Origin: an uncultured Actinomycetota bacterium
Lineage (GTDB): Bacteria; Actinomycetota; Actinomycetes; Actinomycetales; CAVURS01
Length of the DNA stretch: 64,000 bases
NCBI GenBank assembly: GCA_963794535.1
Contig: CAWCEI010000007.1
Location: 27,182 to 91,181, forward strand
Direction: 5' to 3'
Within the stretch, counting starts at the first letter, position 1. Every line of letters starts with the position of its first letter. The position numbers were made by a program, and so were the translations under genes. Positions 9,139 to 19,627 of the stretch are shown piece after piece. The notes beneath the pieces were generated by a model, which saw only the letters and a list, made by a program, of their open reading frames with translations, was not told where the DNA came from and searched no databases.

Positions 9139-10347
9139 TCAGTGTCGGCGCCGACCGCCGAACCGCTCACTGCGGCCGGCCATGGTGAACACCAACCCGC
9201 CGGCCAGCAGCAGGAACGCCGCGACCAGCATCGGGCCCAGATCGGCACCGGTGAAGGCCAGGCCGGGCCCGGCGGTGGACGGGCTCCGGGTGAGCTTGGT
9301 CGGTAGGACGGTCGAGGAGGTCGTCGGTGACCGGCGGGTCGAGGTCGGCGACGACGACGGCGTCGTCGTCGGAGACGCCGTACCGGCTCCGTTGCCGCCG
9401 GCATCGGTGACCTTCACGCGATCGGTCACCGTGCCGAACCGGGTCGAGTCCACCGTGACGTCGACACCGTTGGTGTACGACGCCAGGCTCGGGTCAGTGA
9501 TGTTGACCGAGTAGCGGATCCGGACGAGCTCGTCAGCCTGGACCGGCCCGGCCACGAGGCTGAGCCCGGTCGCCGAGCAGCCCGAGGAGATGACCTTGCC
9601 GGCCGGCAGCGGCCGGAACCCCGACGCGTGACCGGTGGCATCCAGGCCGGACCCGAGCTGGAAGGTCACGCTCGCGCAGTCGATCGCCTGGCCGGCCCCG
9701 AGCGTGTCGTGGAACGTGGCCCGGTCGAACGGCCCGTTGGGGCTGTCGATGACCCACTCGATGGCATCCGGACCGGTGGTGACGCCGGGGGTCACCCAGT
9801 GCCCGGCCTTGCGCGGCTTCGAGCGGTCGACCGTCGTTGTGCCCGGCGTCTTGATCACGGTGCGATGGAAGACCTTGGTCGTCGTGCCGAAGTCGAGACC
9901 GACCGGGCCGGACGTGGGGGTGGTGCTGAGGTTCCACTTGACCGAGAAGAACGCCGACCCGTGCAAGCTGTCGTGGGTGTCTGCGTAGGCGGTCAGGGTG
10001 AAGGTCACGACGCCGTTGACCACGTGGGCGACCGCGACGACGGAGCCGTCCGGAGCCTTGAGCTCGAACGTCGTCGTCAGCGCGGTCAGCTGACGCGGCA
10101 AGGTGAGGGTGAAGGTGTCACCGGCGCCGGCCGAGTCGGGCACCGCCCACTCGAGATCGACCCGGATCGGGTCACCTGGACCGGCCGATGCCGGGCTGAG
10201 CGTGATGTTGGTGATCGCCCCGTTGATCTGCGCCGCGGCAGCCGGCTGCGCGTGCAGCCCGCCCACCAGCCAGCACAGAGCGAGCACCACTGCCGCTAGG
10301 ACAGCGCTGATCTGGCGCGCGCGAGCGCGCCCCATGTCGAGTACCAC
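9139..10347 (-). CDS. LAxTG-anchored surface protein, collagen-adhesin (MSCRAMM)-like, paralogue 1
   Basis: 402 aa. Signal peptide (ISAVLAAVVLALCWLVGGLHAQPAAAA), adhesin-like fold motifs ([28 protein letters not shown]) and an S/T/P stalk. The C-terminal sorting signal is LAFTG followed by a hydrophobic helix and RSERFGGRRRH. Confidence 0.8.
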   Translation of the reverse strand: MVLDMGRARARQISAVLAAVVLALCWLVGGLHAQPAAAAQINGAITNITLSPASAGPGDPIRVDLEWAVPDSAGAGDTFTLTLPRQLTALTTTFELKAPDGSVVAVAHVVNGVVTFTLTAYADTHDSLHGSAFFSVKWNLSTTPTSGPVGLDFGTTTKVFHRTVIKTPGTTTVDRSKPRKAGHWVTPGVTTGPDAIEWVIDSPNGPFDRATFHDTLGAGQAIDCASVTFQLGSGLDATGHASGFRPLPAGKVISSGCSATGLSLVAGPVQADELVRIRYSVNITDPSLASYTNGVDVTVDSTRFGTVTDRVKVTDAGGNGAGTASPTTTPSSSPTSTRRSPTTSSTVLPTKLTRSPSTAGPGLAFTGADLGPMLVAAFLLLAGGLVFTMAGRSERFGGRRRH

Positions 10348-10509
10348 GATGTTGTCCCCTGCTCGTTGCTAAGCGTCGCCCCTGCGACCCCTGACGCTCG
10401 ACAACGTAGCCCGAATTGCCGCTGGAGCACCAGTTTTCCCCAGGACGGAACTACATCGTGCAGTACGCCACCGGATGCCCGGAATGACGCGTCACGATCC
10501 GGCCCGAAA

Positions 10510-11826
10510 TCAGTGCTTGCGGTCGCTGCGCGGCTTGCGGCCGGCCATGGCGAACACCAAGCCGCCACCGAGCAGCAGCATCGCGATCACCAGGAGCGGC
10601 CCGATGTTGGCGCCGGTGAAGGCCAGACCGGCCACCGTCGCCGCCGGGCTGGCGGTCAGCTTGGTCGGCAGCACGGTCGGACCGGTGCTCGGCGACGTAC
10701 TGATCGAGGTGCCGGAGACCGTCGGCGACGTCGTGGGCGACGTCGTGGTGGACGTCGGCGATGTCGTCGGGGACGTGGTGGTGGAGGTCGGCGACGTGGA
10801 TGTCGACGTCGGCGAGACCGTCGGGGAGGTCGTGGGCGAGTTGGTGCCCGTGCCCGTCCCACCGGCCGCCTGCACCTTGATCTTCTCGTTGATCGTCCCG
10901 TAGTCGGTCGAGTCGACGGTGACGTGCACCGCGTTCGTGTACGACGTCAGGGTCGGGTCGGTGATGTTCACCAGGTACTTGATCCGGACGATCTGGTCGG
11001 CCAGGATCGGCCCGGCCACGACCTTCAGGCCACTGGCCGAGCAGGTCGACGAGATGATCTTGCTCGTCGGCAGCGCCTGGGCCGAGGTCGGGTGGCCGGC
11101 GGCGTCCAGGCCCTTGCCGAGCTGGTAGAGCAGGCTGCCGCAGTCGATCGCCTGGCCGGGGCCGGCGGTGTCGTCGAAGGTCACCTTGTCGAACGGGCCG
11201 CTGGGGCTGTCGATGGTCCAGCCCAGGGCATCCGGGCCGGTCGTGACATCGGGGTTGACCCAGTGACCGACCTTGCGCGGCTTGGTGCGGTTGACCGTGC
11301 CGGTGCCGGTGGTCTTGGTCACCGTGTCGTGGAAGACCTTGGTGGACGTCGTGAAGTCCAGGCTGACCGGCCCGGAGGTCGGCGAGTTCTGCGAGTCCCA
11401 CTTGACCGAGAAGAACGCCGAGCCGTTGACGTCGTTGTGCGTGTTCGCGTAGGCGGTCAACGTGAAGGTCACGACCCGGCCGACGACGTGCGCCACCGCG
11501 ACGACGGAACCGTCAGGCGCGAGCAGGTTGAAGCCGGAGGTCACCGAGTCGAGCTCGGGCGGCAGGGTCAACGTGAAGGTGTCGCCACCGGACGCCGAGT
11601 CCGGCACCGCCCACGTGAGGTCGAGGCGCATGGCCTGAGCCGGCCCGGCCGTCGTCTGGACGATGTTGACGCCAGTGATGGCTCCGTCGACCTCGGCGGC
11701 CGACGCGCGGTTCAGCTGCGTGGCACCGACGATCCAGGCCAGCGTGAGCATCACGAGAGCGGTCACGACGGCAACCCGCCGAGGCATGACACGGACAGTC
11801 GACACCATGAAAATCCTCATCCCCAA
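10510..11826 (-). CDS. LAxTG-anchored surface protein, collagen-adhesin (MSCRAMM)-like, paralogue 2
   Basis: 438 aa, colinear with the neighbouring paralogue (roughly 60 percent identity by eye). It has a longer TSPT-rich stalk. The sorting signal is LAFTG followed by a helix and RKPRSDRKH. Confidence 0.8.
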   Translation of the reverse strand: MGMRIFMVSTVRVMPRRVAVVTALVMLTLAWIVGATQLNRASAAEVDGAITGVNIVQTTAGPAQAMRLDLTWAVPDSASGGDTFTLTLPPELDSVTSGFNLLAPDGSVVAVAHVVGRVVTFTLTAYANTHNDVNGSAFFSVKWDSQNSPTSGPVSLDFTTSTKVFHDTVTKTTGTGTVNRTKPRKVGHWVNPDVTTGPDALGWTIDSPSGPFDKVTFDDTAGPGQAIDCGSLLYQLGKGLDAAGHPTSAQALPTSKIISSTCSASGLKVVAGPILADQIVRIKYLVNITDPTLTSYTNAVHVTVDSTDYGTINEKIKVQAAGGTGTGTNSPTTSPTVSPTSTSTSPTSTTTSPTTSPTSTTTSPTTSPTVSGTSISTSPSTGPTVLPTKLTASPAATVAGLAFTGANIGPLLVIAMLLLGGGLVFAMAGRKPRSDRKH

Positions 11827-11960
11827 GACCCTTGCGGCTTTCGACGCAGCGTAGCGGACGTCGGTCGTCAGGACGAAGGCACTGGAGAGATCCGTGACCG
11901 TCCGTAGTGCGAGAACTGTTGGTAGCCAAGGAAATCGGGTCAGAACCGGTACAACCGGAA

Positions 11961-11978
11961 ACTGACTTCACAGTCAGT
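11961..11978 (-). terminator. Candidate icd terminator hairpin
   Basis: ACTGACT-TCAC-AGTCAGT lies 29 nt downstream of the icd stop in an unusually AT-richer spacer. On the minus strand it is followed by a second small hairpin (CCGGT-TGT-ACCGG) and T-rich sequence. Confidence 0.35.
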
Positions 11979-12006
11979 AACGCGCCGATAACGAACCAAA
12001 CCCGAA

Positions 12007-13225
12007 CTAACCGACCGCTCTTGTGAGATTCGTGTCGAGAGCGGCCAAAAAGTCCTCGGTAGTCAGGAAGGCCTGGTCCGGACCGACGAGCAGAGCGAGG
12101 TCCTTGGTCATGGCGCCGCTCTCCACGGTCTCGACACAGACCCGCTCGAGGGTCTCGGCGAACGCCGTCACCTCCGGGGTGCCGTCGAGGGCGCCTCGGT
12201 GCTTGAGCCCGCCGGTCCAGGCGAAGATCGACGCGATCGGGTTGGTGGACGTCGGCTTGCCCGCCTGGTGCTGGCGGTAGTGGCGGGTCACGGTGCCGTG
12301 CGCCGCCTCTGCCTCGACGGTCTTGCCGTCCGGGCGTCATCAGCACGGAGGTCATCAGGCCGAGGGAGCCGAAGCCCTGCGCGACCGTGTCCGACTGGAC
12401 GTCGCCGTCGTAGTTCTTGCAGGCCCAGACGTAGCCGCCCTCCCACTTCAGCGCCGCAGCGACCATGTCGTCGATGAGGCGGTGCTCGTAGGTCAGCCCG
12501 GCGGCCTCGAAGTCCGCCTTGAACTCGGACTCGAAGACCTCGGCGAAGATGTCCTTGAACGCGCCGTCGTACGCCTTGAGGATCGTGTTCTTGGTGGAGA
12601 GGTAGACCGGGTAGCCGCGGTTCAACCCGTAGGCCAGTGACGCCCGCGCGAAGTCGGCGATCGACTTGTTGAAGTTGTACATCCCCATCGCCACGCCACC
12701 GTCGTCCCCGTAGTTGGCGACGACGTGCTGGATCGGCTCGGAGCCGTCGGACGGCGTGAAGGTGATGGTCAGCTCGCCGGCGCCCGGGACCTTGAAGTTC
12801 GTTGCCTTGTACTGGTCCCCGTGGGCGTGACGGCCGATGATGATCGGCTTGGTCCAGCCCGGCACCAGCCGCGGGATGTTGCTGATGATGATCGGCTCGC
12901 GGAAGACGACACCGCCCAGGATGTTGCGGATCGTTCCGTTGGGCGAGACCCACATCTTCTTCAGCCCGAACTCCTTGACCCGAGCCTCGTCCGGCGTGAT
13001 GGTCGCGCACTTCACGCCGACGCCGTACTGCTTGATCGCGTTGGCCGCGTCGACCGTGACCTGGTCGTCGGTCGCGTCGCGATGCTCGATGCCGAGGTCG
13101 TAGTACTTCAGGTCGATGTCGAGGTAGGGGTGGACCAGCCGGTCCTTGATGAACTGCCAGATGATCCGGGTCATCTCGTCACCGTCGATCTCGACGACCG
13201 GGTTGGCGACCTTGATCTTCGGCAT
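12007..13225 (-). pseudogene. icd: NADP-dependent isocitrate dehydrogenase (about 405 aa, eukaryote-like subfamily), one frameshift
   Basis: The N-terminal ~300 aa are in ORF 11513-13225 ([23 protein letters not shown]...[10 protein letters not shown]). The C-terminal 94 aa are in ORF 12007-12291 ([24 protein letters not shown]...). Deleting one base from the run at 12330-12334 restores ..[22 protein letters not shown]... Confidence 0.9.
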
Positions 13226-13350
13226 GGCTGCGTCCTAACGCTCGAGTCGGTTCTGGTGAAGAGTGCTCGAAAATTATCTCGACGTCAAGATATCGAACGC
13301 ACCGGGTCGGGTCGTTGGCCTCGCGCGGGCCCGGTGCCAGGCTGGTCGGC

Positions 13351-14121
13351 ATGGCCACCACACCCACCATGGCGCACCGGTTGGGCGCCGAGTTCATCGG
13401 CACCTTCTTCCTCGTTCTCGGCGGCTGCGGGACGGCCGTCCTGGCCGCCGGCTTCCCTGAGGTCGGCGTCGGGTTGCTGGGCGTGGCCCTCGCCTTCGGC
13501 CTGTCGGTGCTGACGATGGCGTACGCCGTGGGCCACATCTCCGGCGGCCACTTCAACCCGGCGGTGACGATCGGGCTGGCCGTGGCCAAGCGGTTCGCTT
13601 GGCGCGACGTCCTCTCCTATGTCGTGTGCCAGGTCCTCGCCGCGACCGTCGCCGCCTTCGTGCTGCTCGTGATCGCCAATGGCAAGAAGGGTTTCAGCGC
13701 GCACGACAGCGGGTTCGCCGCCAACGGCTACGGCAAGCACTCCCCCGGCGGCTACTCGCTGCTGGCTGGGCTGGTGGCCGAGGTGATCCTGACGGCGATC
13801 TTCCTCTACGTGATCCTCGGCGTGACGGACCGCCGGGCCCCGGTCGGGTTCGCCCCCATCGCGATCGGGCTCTCACTGACCCTGATCCACCTGGTGAGCA
13901 TCCCGGTCACCAACACCTCGGTGAACCCGGCCCGGTCGACCGGTGTGGCGTTCTTCGCCGGCGGCTGGGCGCTCGGCCAGCTCTGGCTGTTCTGGCTGGC
14001 GCCGATCCTGGGCGCTGCGATCGCCGGCGCGTCGTACGCCGCGATCTCGGGCGAGCGCAACGAGCTGGACATCAGCGGAGACACCGGGGTCGAGCCGTCG
14101 AGCGGTGTCGCCCCGGCGTGA
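13351..14121 (+). CDS. aqpZ: Aquaporin Z (MIP family water channel)
   Basis: Two NPA boxes ([22 protein letters not shown]) and six hydrophobic helices. Start at ATG 13351 within ORF 13315-14121. Confidence 0.9.
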   Translation: MATTPTMAHRLGAEFIGTFFLVLGGCGTAVLAAGFPEVGVGLLGVALAFGLSVLTMAYAVGHISGGHFNPAVTIGLAVAKRFAWRDVLSYVVCQVLAATVAAFVLLVIANGKKGFSAHDSGFAANGYGKHSPGGYSLLAGLVAEVILTAIFLYVILGVTDRRAPVGFAPIAIGLSLTLIHLVSIPVTNTSVNPARSTGVAFFAGGWALGQLWLFWLAPILGAAIAGASYAAISGERNELDISGDTGVEPSSGVAPA

Positions 14122-14168
14122 CCGGTCTCACCCGGTGACCCCGACCGCGCTTTGCTAGCGTCGCGAGC

Positions 14169-15158
14169 GTGACCAACTCCCCCGTCAAAGTCGCCGTCAC
14201 CGGCGCAGCCGGCCAGATCGGCTACAGCCTGCTCTTCCGGATCGCGAGTGGCGCCATGCTCGGCCCGGACACTCCCGTCGAGCTGAGCCTGCTGGAGATC
14301 CCCGCGGCCGTGGGCACCGCGGAGGGCGTGGCGATGGAGCTCGACGACTGCGCCTTCCCGCTGTTGCACCGGATCTCGATCAGTGACGACCCCAACGTCG
14401 CCTTCGAGGGCGTCAACATCGCCATGCTCGTCGGCTCCCGTCCCCGGACGGCCGGCATGGAGCGCGGCGACCTGCTCTCGGCCAACGGCGCCATCTTCAC
14501 GGTTCAGGGAAAAGCGTTGTCGGACAACGCTTCTGACGATGTGAAGATCCTCGTCGTCGGCAACCCGGCAAACACCAACGCCCTGATCGCGATGAACAAC
14601 GCGCCCGACATCCCGCGTGAGCGGTTCACCGCGATGACCCGGCTGGACCACAACCGGGCCATCGCCCAGCTGGCCAACAAGACGCAGTCGCCGGTGTCCG
14701 CGATCAGCCACATGACGATCTGGGGCAACCACTCGGCGACCCAGTACCCGGACCTTTTCCACGCCGAGGTGTCGGGCCAGATCGCGGCCGACGTGGTCGA
14801 CGACCAGGCCTGGATCGAGAACGACTTCATCCCGACGGTGCAGAAGCGCGGCGCGGCGATCATCGAGGCCCGCGGGTCCTCGTCAGCCGCCTCCGCCGCC
14901 TCGGCAGCTGTGGACCACGTCCGCGACTGGGTCAACGGCTCGGCGGTCGGCGACTGGGTCTCGATGGCAGTGCCGTCGGACGGGTCGTACGGCGTGGCCG
15001 AGGGCCTGATGTCGTCGTTCCCGTGCACCACGAGTGCCGGCACCTACTCGATCGTGCAAGGTCTCTCGATCGACGACTTCTCGCGCGGCCGGATCGACGC
15101 CTCCGTGGCCGAGCTGGCCGAGGAGCGCGACGCCGTACGGTCGATGGGCCTCATCTAG
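14169..15158 (+). CDS. mdh: Malate dehydrogenase
   Basis: Intact 329-aa ORF with [33 protein letters not shown] and [12 protein letters not shown]. Confidence 0.95.
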   Translation: MTNSPVKVAVTGAAGQIGYSLLFRIASGAMLGPDTPVELSLLEIPAAVGTAEGVAMELDDCAFPLLHRISISDDPNVAFEGVNIAMLVGSRPRTAGMERGDLLSANGAIFTVQGKALSDNASDDVKILVVGNPANTNALIAMNNAPDIPRERFTAMTRLDHNRAIAQLANKTQSPVSAISHMTIWGNHSATQYPDLFHAEVSGQIAADVVDDQAWIENDFIPTVQKRGAAIIEARGSSSAASAASAAVDHVRDWVNGSAVGDWVSMAVPSDGSYGVAEGLMSSFPCTTSAGTYSIVQGLSIDDFSRGRIDASVAELAEERDAVRSMGLI

Positions 15159-15165
15159 CCGCTAA

Positions 15166-15205
15166 TGATGCAACTACGCGTCACGGGTGACGCGTAGTTG
15201 CATCA
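15166..15205. repeat. 40-bp perfect palindrome, family copy A (probable bidirectional terminator)
   Basis: TGATGCAACTACGCGTCA-CGGG-TGACGCGTAGTTGCATCA. It sits 7 nt from the mdh stop and 7 nt from the stop of the convergent ORF 15213-15605. Confidence 0.8.
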
Positions 15206-15212
15206 ATGTGCG

Positions 15213-15605
15213 CTAGTCGGGGGGTGCCACGCGGTTCCTTCGGAGGACCCAGGCCGGTCCCCGCCACGGCTCGTGGCTGACCACATAACGGTCGGCCAGC
15301 CAGTACGCCGGGCCGTGGCCCACGCCCCAGATCCCCCACCTGACCCAGCCCTCGCCGATGCCCAGCCGCGGAGCCACGAGCAGCAGCAGGAGGCTGATCG
15401 CCAGCCACGGCACCGCGACGACGGCCTTCTCCCATCCGGTCAGGTCCTGGACCGTGCGCACGCGGGGGCCGAGGTCTTCCGGCGTACGCGTTGAGTCATT
15501 GCGGCGCAGATAGCCGGCCTGGAGCCGGGCGGGTGGACCCTCGGCGCCGTACGGCGGCTGCCCGGGCGCCAACGGAATCGGCTCACCCTGCGCGTGTCGA
15601 CCCAT
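15213..15605 (-). CDS. Hypothetical membrane protein
   Basis: 130-aa ORF with hydrophobic segments (AVVAVPWLAISLLLLLVAP, WGIWGVGHGPAYW). It lies 21 nt downstream of the DUF3017-like gene on the same strand. I recognise no family. Confidence 0.5.
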   Translation of the reverse strand: MGRHAQGEPIPLAPGQPPYGAEGPPARLQAGYLRRNDSTRTPEDLGPRVRTVQDLTGWEKAVVAVPWLAISLLLLLVAPRLGIGEGWVRWGIWGVGHGPAYWLADRYVVSHEPWRGPAWVLRRNRVAPPD

Positions 15606-15626
15606 GCCGGGAGTTTCGGGTTCGGG

Positions 15627-15891
15627 TCAGCTGGGCTTGAGGATGACGGCCAGCACCAGGCAGGCGACGGCGAGCGCCAGCATCGCGAACGTGTCGAAGG
15701 CGCGCGACCGCACGACCAGCCCGCCGATCCGGCGGGACGGTACGACGGCGCGCAACAGCGGCGCCCGAGCCGAGGGTGACGGCCATCGCGACACCGGCGC
15801 CGACCAGGTGACCGGACGTCGACCAGGGCCAGCGCCACGAGGACGCCGACGAGCACCAGCCACAGGGCCCGAGCCCGCGGGCCGGAGCCAT
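15627..15891 (-). pseudogene. DUF3017-like small membrane protein, about 3 frameshifts
   Basis: Starts at ATG 15891, just after the folD stop. The coherent sequence MAPARGLG/LWLVLVGVLVALALVDV/SGHLVGAGVAMAVTLGSGA/LLRAVVPSRRIGGLVVRSRAFDTFAMLALAVACLVLAVILKPS is obtained only by joining three frames (ORFs 15583-15891, 15440-15856, 15627-15863). Confidence 0.55.
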
Positions 15892-15918
15892 CCGCGAAGC
15901 GCTCGACGCCGGCCGCGG

Positions 15919-16834
15919 TCAGCTGGCGTCCGCGGCGACGCGCCCAGCCCGCTGCCGGGCTTCGGCCGCGTCGACGACGTTGGCCAGCAACATCGCCCGG
16001 GTCATCGGCCCGACGCCACCCGGCATCGGGGCGAGGTAGCCCGCGACCTCACGCACCTCCGGCGCGACGTCACCGACGATCCGCGCCTTGCCGTCGTCAC
16101 CGACGACCCGCGTCGTACCCACGTCGAGGACGACGGCGCCCGGGCGCACCATGTCGGCCGTGACGAGCCCGGCGCTACCGGCGCAGCCGACCACGATGTC
16201 GCCGGTGCGGACGATCGCGGCCAGGTTTGGTCGCGGTGTGGCACAACGTGACCGTGGCGTTCTCGGTACGCCGGGTGAGCAGCAGGCCCAGGGGCCGGCC
16301 GCTCGTCGTACCGCGCCCGACGATCACGACGTGGGCGCCCGCCAGCGGCCACGTCGTACCGGCGGAGCAGCTCGACGATGCCCCGCGGGGTGCACGGCAG
16401 TGGCGCGTTGCCCGTCGCGGCGACGTCGAGCACGAGCCGGCCGAGGTTGGTCGGGTGCAGGCCGTCGGCGTCCTTGTCCGGGTCGATACGGGCCAGCACG
16501 GCCTGCTCGTCCAGACCCCGCGGCAGGGGCAGCTGCACGATGAAGCCGGTGCACGTGCCGGGTCGGCGTTGAGCTCGTCGACGACGGCTTCGACGTCGGC
16601 CTGGGTCGCGTCGGCGGGCAGCTCGCGCTGGATCGAGGCCAGGCCGACAGCCGCGCAGTCGCGGTGCTTGCCGGCGACGTACGCGTGGCTGCCGGGGTCG
16701 TCGCCCACGATCAGGGTGCCGAGGCCGGGCACGATGCCCGCCTCGCGGAGCCGGGAGACGCGCTCGGTGAGCTCCTCCCGGATAGCCGCCGCCGTCGCCG
16801 AACCGTCCAGAAGGGTGGCCGTCACGACGGTCAT
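15919..16834 (-). pseudogene. folD: Bifunctional methylenetetrahydrofolate dehydrogenase/cyclohydrolase, at least 3 frameshifts
   Basis: Four fragments fall in three frames. ORF 16175-16834 gives [43 protein letters not shown] 16002-16538 gives [51 protein letters not shown]. The first frame then resumes with [41 protein letters not shown] 15919-16194 gives [25 protein letters not shown]...[15 protein letters not shown]. Confidence 0.9.
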
Positions 16835-16952
16835 CCTTCCACGAATGGGCTAAAGCCCGGCGCAGGTCCTGCCGACGAAGGCCCTATGGACGAGACCATC
16901 CCCGACCTGGGCCAGCGTCGAGGCGTTCGCGCGGGCTGACTCGGGAGTCAGT

Positions 16953-17924
16953 ATGGCGGAACCGACCGTGGCGCCGGACAGTGCTGCCTGCTGGGCCGGC
17001 GACTGGGCCCGGGTCGACGTCCGCACCCAGGTGTGGGGCCAGGCGGCCGTCATCCGGACCGTCGGCGCGTTGCCGCTCTCCCACCCCTGGCGGCTCGGTG
17101 GTGCGGCCGGAACCGTCCGCCAGGTGCAGTGGACCGGCCGGCCGGCGACCGTCCCCGACACCGCGCTCTGCATCCTCAGCGTCACCGCGCAGGACCCCCA
17201 GCTGCCGACGGGGGCGACGCGTCGTCCGGCCGACCGGCCTGGGCTCGGTCCCGGTCTGGACGCCGCGATCGACGAGGCCGTCTCGGCGGCTTCACCACGC
17301 ATCGGCGGCGGCCTGGCCGACGTCGTCCACGCCCTCAGCGTCGGGCGCGAGCAGCGCTGGGCCGGCGCTCTCGTCCGGCTGCCGGGCACCTGGCTTCCGG
17401 CCGCGGCCCTGCTGCCGCGCGGCATCCCCGGCGTACCGGCACCGCGCACCCACTGGGCGACGGAGTCCGTCGACTTCGACGACCGGTACGTCGTCCACAG
17501 CGAGGACGAGCAGGTCACTGCGGCGTTGCTCAGCCCCTCGGTGATGGCCGTCCTGATGGATGCCGTGCCGCGCGGCGCGGCCGTCACGATCTGCGGCGAC
17601 GCGCTGCAGGTCTGGTGGCCGTACGACGACGGGACCAAGTCCGACCTGGGGCGGGTGCAACGGGCCGCCTTGGCCGCGCTGCTGCTCGTGAAGACGTTCC
17701 CCCGGTTCGTGCTGGCCGACCACCCGGACCGCAGCGCCGAGGTCGAGCGCTCGCTGGCCCGCAAGGCCGACGAGGCGCACTCCTACCGGAGCAGGCTCAC
17801 CTTCGGGCACAGCCCGGACCCGGTGCTGCAGCGGATCTACGACCAGGCCCGGGCCGCGCCGGCGCCTGACCTCGCCGCTCCTCACCACCCTGGCCCTCAT
17901 GCTCCTTGGTCCTCAGCCCGGTGA
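16953..17924 (+). CDS. Hypothetical protein
   Basis: Intact 323-aa ORF with non-repetitive composition (e.g. ESVDFDDRYVVHSEDEQVTAALLSPSVMAVLMD, LLLVKTFPRFVLADHPDRSAEVERSLARKADEA). I recognise no family. Confidence 0.55.
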   Translation: MAEPTVAPDSAACWAGDWARVDVRTQVWGQAAVIRTVGALPLSHPWRLGGAAGTVRQVQWTGRPATVPDTALCILSVTAQDPQLPTGATRRPADRPGLGPGLDAAIDEAVSAASPRIGGGLADVVHALSVGREQRWAGALVRLPGTWLPAAALLPRGIPGVPAPRTHWATESVDFDDRYVVHSEDEQVTAALLSPSVMAVLMDAVPRGAAVTICGDALQVWWPYDDGTKSDLGRVQRAALAALLLVKTFPRFVLADHPDRSAEVERSLARKADEAHSYRSRLTFGHSPDPVLQRIYDQARAAPAPDLAAPHHPGPHAPWSSAR

Positions 17925-17955
17925 TCTCGGCGCCGAATAAGGGCCGGATCACCGG
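17918..17955. terminator. Hairpin between convergent genes (hypothetical gene / purH)
   Basis: CCGGTGATC (17918-17926) pairs with GATCACCGG (17947-17955). The left arm contains the TGA of ORF 16953-17924. The purH stop is at 17993. Confidence 0.4.
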
Positions 17956-17992
17956 CGCTGGGGGACCAACGCGCCGGGGGCGGGGGCATGGC

Positions 17993-19627
17993 TCAGTGGG
18001 TGAAGTGGCGGGTGCCGGTCAGGTACATCGTGACGCCGGCGGCCTGGGCCGCGGCGACGATGTCGTCGTCGCGGATCGAACCGCCGGGCTGCACGACCGC
18101 CCGCACTCCGGCGTCGATCAGCACCTGCAACCCGTCGGCGAACGGGAAGAACGCATCGGAGGCGGCCACGCTGCCGGCGGCGCGGTCGGCACCGGCCCGG
18201 TCGACGGCGAGCCGGCACGAGTCGACCCGGTTGACCTGGCCCATGCCCACCCCGACGCTGGCCCCGTCGTCGCGCGAGCAGGATCGCGTTGGACCGGACG
18301 GCCCGGATCGCCTTCCAGGCGAAGGCCAGGTCGGCCAGGGTCGTCGGCGTCCGCGACGTCCCCGCTGACCAGCCGCCAGCGGGTCGGGTCGTCACCGCCG
18401 GCCTCGACACCTTCGCCCGCCTCGACGACCGCGTCGACGCGGTCGACCGTCTGGGCAGAGCACGCCACCGGAGATCGGCGCGGAACTCGACCGGGTCCGG
18501 CGCCGCGTCGTCCGGCAGCTCGAGCAGCCGGATGTTCTTCTTCTGGCTCAGCAGCGCGTACGCGTCGTCGTCGAAGGACGGCGCGGCCACGACCTCGGTG
18601 AAGATCTCGGCGAGCTGCTGGGCCATCGCGTAGGAGACCGGCCGGTTGGCGGCGACGACACCGCCGTACGCCGAGACCGGGTCGCAGGCATGGGCCTTGG
18701 CGTGGGCGTCGGCGATGTCGGCGCCGACCGCGATGCCGCACGGGTTGGCATGCTTGATGATCGCGACGGCGGGCTGGTCGAAGCCGAAGGCCGAGCGCAC
18801 CGCAGCGTCCGTGTCGACGTAGTTGTTGTACGACATCGCCTTGCCGTGCAGCACCTCGGCCTGCGCGACGCCCGGCCGCCAGTGGGCGTAGAGCGCGGCC
18901 GACTGGTGCGGGTTCTCGCCGTACCGCAGGTCCGCCCGCTTGTCCCAGGTCGCGCCGGTCCAGTCCGGGAACCACGAGCCGTCGTCCGGACCGGCCAGGA
19001 CGCTGCCCATCCAGGAGGCCACGGCGACGTCGTACGACGCGGTGTGCGCGAAGGCCTGGGCGGCCAGCCGCTGCCGCTGGGCGAGGGTGAAGCCACCGGC
19101 CGCGACGGCCTCGAGCACCTCGGCGTACCGGTCGGGCGAGACGACGACCGCGACGTTCGCGTGGTTCTTGGCGGCGCCGCGCACCATCGACGGGCCGCCG
19201 ATGTCGATCTGCTCGATGCACTCGGCCGGCGCTCGCCCCGGAGCGGACCGTGTCGCGGAACGGGTAGAGGTTCGACACCAGCAGCTCGAACGGCTCGATG
19301 TCGAGCTCGGCGAGCTGCCGCTCGTGGTCGGGGTTCCCGATGTCGGCCAGCAGCCCGGCGTGCACCCGCGGGTGCAGGGTCTTGACCCGGCCGTCGAGGC
19401 ACTCGGGGAAGCCGGTGAGGTCCTCGACCGCAGTGACCGGCACGCCGGCCGCGGCGATCCGGGCCGCCGTCGAGCCGGTCGAGACGATCGCGACGCCGGC
19501 GGCGTGCAGCGCCGTGGCGAGCTCCTCCAGCCCGGTCTTGTCGTAGACGGAGACCAGCGCCCGGCGGATCGGCTCGACGCCGCCGTCGCGTGCCCCGTCG
19601 CTCCTGTCGCTGCGCTGCGTCGCTCAC
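17993..19627 (-). pseudogene. purH: Bifunctional AICAR transformylase / IMP cyclohydrolase, at least 5 frameshifts
   Basis: Fragments: ORF 18118-19443 ([32 protein letters not shown]), ORF 17949-19187 ([40 protein letters not shown]) and ORF 17993-18250 (..[52 protein letters not shown]). A GTG start overlaps the purN stop (GTGA, 19624-19627), but the conserved [15 protein letters not shown] lies in another frame. Confidence 0.9.

Noticed and set aside
10483-10492. Bare TGACGCGTCA palindrome after LAxTG gene 2, considered as a fourth or fifth member of the 40-bp palindrome family.
   Set aside because: Only the 10-bp core is present, without the outer TGAKGCAAC/GTTGCMTCA blocks. That is too short to separate from chance in GC-rich DNA.
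10640-10870. Short degenerate tandem DNA repeats that might be taken for a CRISPR-like or minisatellite array.
   Set aside because: They lie inside the LAxTG gene and encode its S/T/P stalk in frame. There is no repeat-spacer regularity.
16835-16952. ZTP (pfl) riboswitch upstream of folD, and likewise upstream of purN/purH.
   Set aside because: No GGGTCGTGACTGGCG-like 5' domain or CCGCCTGGGC pseudoknot partner appears on the correct strand. Only a small hairpin (CTGACTCGGGAGTCAG) lies next to the start of the divergent gene.
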